A stretch of 44,248 nt of DNA from a virus: positions 1 to 44,248 of the IMG/VR virus record IMGVR_UViG_3300045988_057449; one strand, written 5' to 3'. This document shows positions 34,214 to 40,694 of the stretch, one piece after another (position 1 is the stretch's first letter; each line of letters begins with the position of its first letter). Position numbers and translations under genes: made by a program. The notes under the pieces were generated by a model that was given only the letters and a program-made list of their open reading frames with translations, was not told the DNA's origin and ran no database searches.

Positions 34214-34242
34214 ATTATACACAATTCTCTAATGCTTGTCAA
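34214..34242 (-). promoter_or_regulatory. Consensus sigma-70-type promoter between terL and the portal gene
   Basis: The minus strand reads TTGACA (34242-34237), 17-nt spacer, TATAAT (34219-34214). Confidence 0.5.
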
Positions 34243-34281
34243 GCGATTTTGACGAATAATAGCATTGGAGAGTAAAAGTTT

Positions 34282-35940
34282 TCAAAAAATTCGCTTAAAT
34301 ACTTCCACCCGTCCCGAAGTATTACGCACCATAGCGATTGCCATAGCAAGACTATCCGGGGCATCATCGTTTTTATTTTTTGCGAACATTTTGTAGGAAA
34401 ACACATTTTGCATAAACAGACTGTAAGCCTTACTGCGCTTACCCGATTCACGGAAAATCATCATCTCCCGAATATCGGGAGCTTTATCGAAAATCCGTTG
34501 GAACTTCGCTTTATCAGAGGGAGCGGCTTTGGTAGTCAAGTTTATCCTGCGACCTTGTTTTTTAAGTTCCTCCTGTACACCTTCTTTATATGCTTCGGTC
34601 GATTTGTTTGCTTCTATTTGCATAGCGGCAACATTGTTCCTGATAACTGCCTGTGCAAGGAGCGGTTGTGTTACCTTTTTGTCCCCACTGTCGTATACAA
34701 CATCGTGAACATAAATATCGTCCCCATACTGAAAACAAACGGGTGCGGCAACAAAGTCACCGCCGCCGAATGCAGGATCAACCGCCATAAAAATCCTGTC
34801 CGGCTCTCCGTCCGGTAGCACTCCGTTATAATAGCGGAACTCTCCCGGAGAGAACAATGCGCCGTCACGCTCTATCGGCTCTCCCATATATTGTGCGTTC
34901 CAAGAAGCCATATCATTGTTTCTCTCGAATGAAGCACGGCGCATACGGTAATAGTCCGTAGAAAAGCCCACTGCGTAATCATAGTCGAATTGGCTTTCAT
35001 CGTTTTCGTCAAGAGCGGACAGATTGATTATTTCATAACGGCGATTCTTAAATCTTTCGTCATTCTCCAAAAGTTCCATCCTCAGTCCGGCAGGATCAAT
35101 CATAGACCACCGAGTACCACACCAAAGGATTTTGGCTTTCTCTTTCGCACGGGGCAGGAGATTATTATCAACCTTGCTCCACGCCGAAACAAGTCTGTCC
35201 TTGTTGAGAGCTTCTTCAATACCTCCGATAAGGTCATCAGAGATTTCAAATCCGTTACAGTCACAAGCACCGTTCAATGTTCCGTATAGCGACCGGCAAG
35301 TTAGAGAGGGATAGCGTTTCTTTCGGTCAATGTTAATAGTTTCGTCCTGCGAATTGGTTTGAACGAGTTTAGCATTTGGGAACACATCGTGCCAAAGGTA
35401 TGTCATAGGGTCGTTGATAATTTCCAAGACACCGTTATAGAACGCTTTGGTGATAGTATCGGAGTAAGCGGAATACAGGTTAGATGCTTCACTCTTTTTA
35501 CCAATGAGCCAAGTAACAAAGAACATAAGAATTGTGGTCTTACCGACACGGGGCGGCATAGAAATAAACAGCTCGTCCAACTCATCGTCCGTGAGTTTTT
35601 GTAAGGCATCCACCACTCTTTTTAACACCTTACGGCGGGGCTGATAAAATCGCTCACTCGGCTTACGGTTAATTTCGATATAGAGCAGATAGGAATCAAA
35701 GAAATGTGGGGCATCGAACAGAAGCGTTTTCTTGTAAAGCTCAAAAAATCCCTCTACATTCTTTCGATTCTTTATCGCTGCCGTAATCTTCTTACGCAAT
35801 TCTTCGTTGGTAGAGTGGGAGAGGGTAAAGTCCTCCTGCTCGATATTACGGCAGAGGGCAAACAAATCCTCATAGGCGGTGATGTCCGTAGGTGTCTTTT
35901 TTATTTTCTGAAAAATTTTTGAAATTAGGTTTTTATTCAT
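34282..35940 (-). CDS. terL: Terminase large subunit
   Basis: Walker A MPPRVGKTT, nuclease-half acidic motifs, 552 aa, followed by the portal gene. Confidence 0.85.
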   Translation of the reverse strand: MNKNLISKIFQKIKKTPTDITAYEDLFALCRNIEQEDFTLSHSTNEELRKKITAAIKNRKNVEGFFELYKKTLLFDAPHFFDSYLLYIEINRKPSERFYQPRRKVLKRVVDALQKLTDDELDELFISMPPRVGKTTILMFFVTWLIGKKSEASNLYSAYSDTITKAFYNGVLEIINDPMTYLWHDVFPNAKLVQTNSQDETINIDRKKRYPSLTCRSLYGTLNGACDCNGFEISDDLIGGIEEALNKDRLVSAWSKVDNNLLPRAKEKAKILWCGTRWSMIDPAGLRMELLENDERFKNRRYEIINLSALDENDESQFDYDYAVGFSTDYYRMRRASFERNNDMASWNAQYMGEPIERDGALFSPGEFRYYNGVLPDGEPDRIFMAVDPAFGGGDFVAAPVCFQYGDDIYVHDVVYDSGDKKVTQPLLAQAVIRNNVAAMQIEANKSTEAYKEGVQEELKKQGRRINLTTKAAPSDKAKFQRIFDKAPDIREMMIFRESGKRSKAYSLFMQNVFSYKMFAKNKNDDAPDSLAMAIAMVRNTSGRVEVFKRIF

Positions 35941-35951
35941 TGCGTACCTCC

Positions 35952-35986
35952 GAAAAGAAAAGGACTACCCCTAACGAGATAGTCCC
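35952..35986 (-). terminator. Intrinsic terminator-like hairpin, copy 2 of the conserved element
   Basis: The minus strand reads GGACTA-12 nt-TAGTCC followed by TTTTCTTTTC. It lies between the small TM gene and terL. Confidence 0.5.
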
Positions 35987-36023
35987 TGTTGACCGTTTTC
36001 GCACACCCTGTTGTATGCGCCAA

Positions 36024-36215
36024 TTAAAGCCCACCGCCGTTGAGCCAATCCCAATACTCGACCGCTCTCTTATGGCGTTTCGCTTTTTTCTTCTTTACTT
36101 CCTTTTTGCTCTCATAACAAGCACTTGCAACAAGTGCAGCGGGAGCGCATAGTACCCACAGCCATGCTCCTTTCTTCGTAAACATCGGATTCTCTTCGGC
36201 TTTCTTTTTCTTCAT
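36024..36215 (-). CDS. Small Lys-rich membrane protein
   Basis: TM segment AWLWVLCAPAALVASACY flanked by KKKK tracts. ATGA overlap with the upstream gene. Confidence 0.4.
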   Translation of the reverse strand: MKKKKAEENPMFTKKGAWLWVLCAPAALVASACYESKKEVKKKKAKRHKRAVEYWDWLNGGGL

Positions 36216-36937
36216 TTTCTACCCTTCTTTCCGCATTGGTTTACCCACCATTGTATTCGCCCAGTCATTTGCTCGTCATCAATATTCGGAATAACGAGCC
36301 TTTCGCATCTCACGGTATCACTTTTATAAATAATCTCGTTAATTGGTGGAGCGACATTTGCGATTCCCGTGATCCTACAAATCTTTGAGCTCGTTGTTCC
36401 ATTAAGACACCCATACGCAGGAAATATCTCGTCAATACCTCCATACGGCTTACAGTATGCCGCAAGCAAGAACAAATGAACTCTCGCCATTCGACCTTTC
36501 GATAAAATCGAAAAGATTAAAGATTCAATCTGTTTTCCATATCGGAGTGATAATACATCGTACCCGTCTACAATTACCCACATTGAGGGAAAAATTGTCT
36601 TGCTTTTCTGATATTCGGCTAATCTTCCGTCTATTATATCAACGATATTTCTCATTGTTAATACGGCTTTTTCAAGGTCGGACACATAAGACATCGTATG
36701 CGGCATTGCCGCATAATCGACCAAATACAAACCCGCCAAATCAAACAGAACAAACCTAATATCCACAGGAGACTTATACAGGGAAGTATAGACAAACCCA
36801 TTTCTGATGGAATCCCGGTCTTTTGTTTGGCTGCCTGAGATAAAGACATGACATTGTTCAAGCATATCAAGATACAGTCGGTTAGCATTCCCGCCCGGGG
36901 TAAACCATTGTTTCGGTGATTGCTTTTTACCAAACAT
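36212..36937 (-). CDS. Degenerate FtsK/SpoIIIE-like P-loop paralogue (motifs lost)
   Basis: Aligns along its length with the 38947-39699 product (KQWFTPGGNANRLYLDMLEQCH versus KEWNTPGGTAAAICLDMLKQSH; RIQWWVNQ versus RVQWWTDQ). Walker A is GSQTKDRDS, Walker B is VIVDGYD, and ATQRP has become AAYCKP. Confidence 0.65.
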   Translation of the reverse strand: MFGKKQSPKQWFTPGGNANRLYLDMLEQCHVFISGSQTKDRDSIRNGFVYTSLYKSPVDIRFVLFDLAGLYLVDYAAMPHTMSYVSDLEKAVLTMRNIVDIIDGRLAEYQKSKTIFPSMWVIVDGYDVLSLRYGKQIESLIFSILSKGRMARVHLFLLAAYCKPYGGIDEIFPAYGCLNGTTSSKICRITGIANVAPPINEIIYKSDTVRCERLVIPNIDDEQMTGRIQWWVNQCGKKGRK

Positions 36938-36939
36938 AT

Positions 36940-37707
36940 TCAATCCACCTCTAATATAGGCTCGTGAACACCTTTAACCCAGTTCATTTCCTTACCGTAC
37001 TTGTACATTCCTTCGTACAGGGGACGATTGTTGACAATACTACGAACACTCGTGTTTTGAAACTTCGTCCCTTTGCGGGTGCGATACCCAAGGTCGTTAA
37101 GTTCATCGGCAATAGTGAGCATCGGAGTATGCTCGTCAATCCTCTTGAACACATACTCAACAATCGGGCGTTCCGCATCATTGATAATCAGTCTGCCATT
37201 CTCAACCTTATAACCATAAGGGCAACGACCGCCCGAATAGCCACCGCACTGTGCTTTGATACTCCTGCCCTTACTCGTTCTGATGGCAATATTCTTCCGC
37301 TCCTGCTCTGCAACGAATTGAAGAAGCGCACGATAGATATTTGCAAACTCGCTACCTTCTGCAAATTCCTCTTTGGTACTAAGAAGCCGAATGTTCTTCT
37401 TTTCGAGAGTGTATAGGTAGTAAAAGTACAATTTCGTATCACGGGCAAGACGGTCGTTCTTGAAAACAATCACCGCTTCAAACGGGGGGTTGGTAACATT
37501 GTCCCCATAGAGGATTTCGTTCAGAGCGGGGCGGTCATCCTTTGCGCCGCTGATTTCGTCAATCTTCCAATCGACAATGTTATATCCGTTGGTATTAGCA
37601 TAGAGAAGAATTGCTTGCTTCTGAACATCAATACCGAACTTATCGTCTTTTGCCTGTTGTTCTGTTGATACACGAACATAGCCAATAGCGTTTTTGAATG
37701 TCTGCAT
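36940..37707 (-). CDS. Small serine recombinase (resolvase catalytic domain plus recombinase domain, no zinc ribbon or coiled coil)
   Basis: AIGYVRVSTEQQ, KNDRLARD, VAEQERKNIAIRTSKG, GGRCPYGYK. ATG 37707 has GGAGG upstream. Confidence 0.85.
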   Translation of the reverse strand: MQTFKNAIGYVRVSTEQQAKDDKFGIDVQKQAILLYANTNGYNIVDWKIDEISGAKDDRPALNEILYGDNVTNPPFEAVIVFKNDRLARDTKLYFYYLYTLEKKNIRLLSTKEEFAEGSEFANIYRALLQFVAEQERKNIAIRTSKGRSIKAQCGGYSGGRCPYGYKVENGRLIINDAERPIVEYVFKRIDEHTPMLTIADELNDLGYRTRKGTKFQNTSVRSIVNNRPLYEGMYKYGKEMNWVKGVHEPILEVD

Positions 37708-37735
37708 AGGTGAGACCTCCTTGCTTGTTGCATTT

Positions 37736-37764
37736 AGTATAGCATAGGTAAATGCAAATGTCAA
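37736..37764 (-). promoter_or_regulatory. Promoter of the recombinase operon, overlapped by an 8-bp inverted repeat
   Basis: The minus strand reads TTGACA, 17-nt spacer, TATACT. TGCATTTA (37729-37736) and TAAATGCA (37749-37756) bracket the -10 box. Confidence 0.55.
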
Positions 37765-37954
37765 GGGGTTTATATAAAAAATTCCTTTTTATTTTTCGAG
37801 TGTGTTTACGGCACTCACCCCCGCCCGCAATGCCCGCCGCAATCCCCCACGGGTACACCGTAGCCCCGGCAGGATCAGAGCCGGACGGAGCGCACGAAAA
37901 CGCACAGCAGCCGGACGAGTTGCAAAAAATCTTGAAAAAGTTTTGAAAAAACTC

Positions 37955-37983
37955 TTGACAAGTAAATACAAGCGTGATATAAT
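37955..37983 (+). promoter_or_regulatory. Consensus promoter of the plus-strand cassette
   Basis: TTGACA, 17-nt spacer, TATAAT. Two TTGAAAAA repeats lie upstream (37932 and 37943). Confidence 0.6.
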
Positions 37984-38118
37984 GATACCATAATAGAAAG
38001 AGGGCGCACCGCACAGCCGACCAAAGCAGAAGCGGAACGCCCACACAAACCAACCCACGCCGGGCGGCTGCTCCTCTATTATAGCATATACCCGGCACAA
38101 TTACAAGGAGGATTTACA

Positions 38119-38511
38119 ATGTTAAAAACAAACAGCAAGAAAGCCGCCGAAAATATCCGGGCTTACATTATGGACGGTTTCACGCCTGAGGGCTACACGG
38201 ACAACCCGCCGCAGGAATGGCACGAAATAGCCGCATTTATTCTCGACACTTTCAGAAGCGAAAAATACCACTTGCCGCAAGATTTCCGTTATTACAGAAA
38301 TAACGAGTCCGCCGCCTTCGCTGACTGGTGCGCAGGGCTTGCCGGAGTGCTTAGCACTTGCTATTATTACAACCGTTCAGCGGTTGACGATCTCGGCGCA
38401 ATCCTTGAAGAGACGGACGAAGAAAAAGCACGATACACCGAAGAGCAAGCCGAAAAAATGCTTACAACCCTGATTTATAGAGAGTTAAAGAAAGGAGCGG
38501 CGCAGAAATGA
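38119..38511 (+). CDS. Hypothetical protein (130 aa), first gene of the cassette
   Basis: AAGGAGG ribosome-binding site. No motif I can name. Confidence 0.5.
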   Translation: MLKTNSKKAAENIRAYIMDGFTPEGYTDNPPQEWHEIAAFILDTFRSEKYHLPQDFRYYRNNESAAFADWCAGLAGVLSTCYYYNRSAVDDLGAILEETDEEKARYTEEQAEKMLTTLIYRELKKGAAQK

Positions 38512-38735
38512 GAAAATACAAACTTTTAGAGCTGAAAAACCTTGTGCGCTGCGGAATGGCGCACGATCTGACTAACGCAACCGCCGCCGAAGTTATGGAA
38601 CAATGGGAACACGGCGAAAAAGTCGGGTATAGTTTGGGCGTGTACGGCATTAACGGCGGGCTAATTCAGAACACCGAAACGGGCGAATATTACGCCATTA
38701 CCGCCCGCAATTCAAATTTATTTCGTATATTCTAG
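38508..38735 (+). CDS. Hypothetical protein (75 aa)
   Basis: ATGA overlap with the upstream gene. No recognisable motif. Confidence 0.45.
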   Translation: MRKYKLLELKNLVRCGMAHDLTNATAAEVMEQWEHGEKVGYSLGVYGINGGLIQNTETGEYYAITARNSNLFRIF

Positions 38736-38782
38736 CACAGAGCCGCCCGCCGTGGCGGCTCAACTTTTAGGAGGTGCAACAA

Positions 38783-38959
38783 ATGACATTATACTATACA
38801 TATGACGAGCAAGAAGCGCAGGAATTAAAACAGCATTTCGAAAAACAGGGATATAACGTGCTAATAATCCCAATAGCGGACGAATTCCGAAAGTTTGGAG
38901 ACCCTCGCCCCGTAAAAGTAAAATACTTCATCCGTAGGGAGGGGAAATGCAAACAATGA
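38783..38959 (+). CDS. Hypothetical protein (58 aa)
   Basis: ATG 38783 has GGAGG 8 nt upstream (the ORF track starts at an upstream GTG). Overlaps the FtsK-like start. Confidence 0.4.
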   Translation: MTLYYTYDEQEAQELKQHFEKQGYNVLIIPIADEFRKFGDPRPVKVKYFIRREGKCKQ

Positions 38960-39699
38960 AAGAATGGAACACGCCCGGCGGGACTGCGGCGGCGATCTGT
39001 CTCGATATGCTCAAACAGTCGCATATACTCATAGCAGGAAGCACGGGAAGCGGCAAAAGCGTACTAATAAACAGCCTAATATATACCGCTCTTTACAAGC
39101 CGCCGACCGTCTGCGGGTTTATCCTGATAGACCCGAAGCGGGTGGAATTAAACCAATATAGACCGCTCCCGCATTGCTTGCGGTACGCATCAGAGCCGGA
39201 CGAGATCGCCGCCACGCTTGCCGCCGCCGTTGCCCTTATGGATGACCGATACAAGGCATTACAGGCGCAAGGGCTGAAAGAATGGGACGGCGGGCATATT
39301 TATATTATTATAGACGAGTTCGCCGACCTTATGACAACGCAGAAGCGGGACACGCTGCCGCAGTTGCAACGCCTTGCACAACTCGGACGGGCGGCGCATC
39401 TCCACTTGATAGCAGCCACACAGAGACCCACGAAAGATATTATAAACGGACAAATTAAAGTAAATATGGATTCCCGGCTTGCTCTGCGCTGCCCCACGGC
39501 GCAGGACTCCCGAAACATCATAAACACCAAAGGAGCGGAAACGCTGCCCCGCTTCGGCTTCGGGTACTACCTCACGCCGGAGACAATGCGCCCCGAATTA
39601 GTCAAGATACCATACACAGACCCCGCCGACCTTGCCGCCCGTGTGCAATGGTGGACAGATCAGAAAGACAAACCCCGCCGCCATTGGTGGAGCAGATAA
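38947..39699 (+). CDS. FtsK/SpoIIIE-family DNA-translocase-like ATPase (motor domain only, motifs intact)
   Basis: Walker A AGSTGSGKS, Walker B YIIIDEFADL, IAATQRPT. 250 aa. Confidence 0.8.
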   Translation: MQTMKEWNTPGGTAAAICLDMLKQSHILIAGSTGSGKSVLINSLIYTALYKPPTVCGFILIDPKRVELNQYRPLPHCLRYASEPDEIAATLAAAVALMDDRYKALQAQGLKEWDGGHIYIIIDEFADLMTTQKRDTLPQLQRLAQLGRAAHLHLIAATQRPTKDIINGQIKVNMDSRLALRCPTAQDSRNIINTKGAETLPRFGFGYYLTPETMRPELVKIPYTDPADLAARVQWWTDQKDKPRRHWWSR

Positions 39700-39705
39700 G
39701 ACACA

Positions 39706-39736
39706 AGCCCCGACACGCTGCCGGGGCTTTTCTTTT
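39706..39736 (+). terminator. Rho-independent terminator of the plus-strand cassette
   Basis: a-gccccg-acacgctgc-cggggc-t followed by ttttctttt. Confidence 0.7.
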
Positions 39737-39824
39737 ACCCTATCGCAGTAAAGCCCCCTAAAACGCTTTACAAGGCGTTTTTACTCTTACCCATATAAAA
39801 CACACTACCAACACCACAAACGCC

Positions 39825-39854
39825 GCACAGAGAGCCACAGAGAGACGCAGAGAG
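39825..39854. repeat. Three tandem 10-bp repeats, N-CACAGAGAG type
   Basis: gcacagagag / ccacagagag / acgcagagag, read directly. Noncoding. Confidence 0.8.
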
Positions 39855-39988
39855 GGCAGCCACGAGAACAAGCAAAACCCCGCAACGAGCAGCACAGCCG
39901 CCCGGCGGGGTTTCGTTGTATCTATTTCGGCGTGGGGTTTCAGGCGAGGACGGCGGCAGGGCTTGCCGCTTTCCGTCCTCCCGCAAGT

Positions 39989-40018
39989 GCCTTTGTGCGC
40001 CTTTGTGCGCCTTTGTGC
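39989..40018. repeat. Three exact tandem copies of GCCTTTGTGC abutting the terS stop codon
   Basis: Read directly. Two more exact copies are at 40864-40873 and 40885-40894. Two CCTTTGTGT copies are at 40067-40084. Confidence 0.9.
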
Positions 40019-40022
40019 GTTT

Positions 40023-40565
40023 CTATTCGTCCTCGACAACGCTTTCAATATACCGCTCTTCAAGCTCCTTTGTGTCCTTTGTGTCTCCGAGCGGGCTATT
40101 GGGAGTGAGTACAACTTCCTGTTTGTCGGCATAGCCGAAATTATTCTTCATGAGGAAGATGCCGGACACAGGGTTGATCTTGCCATTCTGCATATAATCG
40201 ACCATTTGAAGATCGAGTAATTTCATCGCTTTTTTTAGAGTGTTGGCTACCTCAGGATTTTTACCTTTTCGCCCTGCTCGTATTTCCCACAGATATGTTC
40301 TATCAATATCCATAGCAAGAGCCAATCCCGCAACAGAGGGTTTCATATCGTCATCAGCACAAATCGAGAAGTAATCTCTAATTCTTTGTGTCACTTCTTC
40401 AACACTCTTCAAATCACATTTCGGTAAATCAGCCAAGCGAAGCGAGTGCAAGATGTACTTCCGATTGTCTCCCGGCTCAGTATGAACACTTTGTGCTTCG
40501 GTCAAATCAGGGCGTTTCCGCTTTGTGATTTGCTTGCCGACTTCTCTCGCTGTCTTATTATCCAT
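40023..40565 (-). CDS. terS: Terminase small subunit (gp3/GP3_package-like)
   Basis: KPSVAGLALAMDIDRTYLWEI... and GIFLMKNNFGYADKQE signature. AAAGGAG ribosome-binding site. Confidence 0.65.
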   Translation of the reverse strand: MDNKTAREVGKQITKRKRPDLTEAQSVHTEPGDNRKYILHSLRLADLPKCDLKSVEEVTQRIRDYFSICADDDMKPSVAGLALAMDIDRTYLWEIRAGRKGKNPEVANTLKKAMKLLDLQMVDYMQNGKINPVSGIFLMKNNFGYADKQEVVLTPNSPLGDTKDTKELEERYIESVVEDE

Positions 40566-40694
40566 TAAAATTTCTCCTTTCGATTAAGTGAAAAAGTGAG
40601 CTATTTTAGTTTTTTGCAGTATTTTAGTTCTTATATGCGTGTATATAGAGAGAAAATAGTACATTTTATTAAAATAACTCACTTTTTAATACGA

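Noticed and set aside
37640-38100. 152-aa and 103-aa minus-strand ORFs, and the 63-64-aa plus-strand ORFs, in the GC-rich intergenic block
   Set aside because: They run across two mapped promoters and the recombinase 5' end and have no ribosome-binding sites. Their Arg/Pro/Ala/Gly-rich translations are typical of GC-rich noncoding DNA.
39825-40018. Possible CRISPR-like array
   Set aside because: The repeats are only 10 bp long and directly tandem with no spacers. This is not CRISPR architecture.
39758-40132. 124-aa and 72-aa minus-strand ORFs over the repeat region (the latter with a hydrophobic stretch)
   Set aside because: The 72-aa ORF starts only at a TTG with no ribosome-binding site, and the 124-aa ORF overlaps the terS 3' end. 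They read straight through the tandem 10-bp repeats and hairpins. A small membrane peptide cannot be fully excluded.
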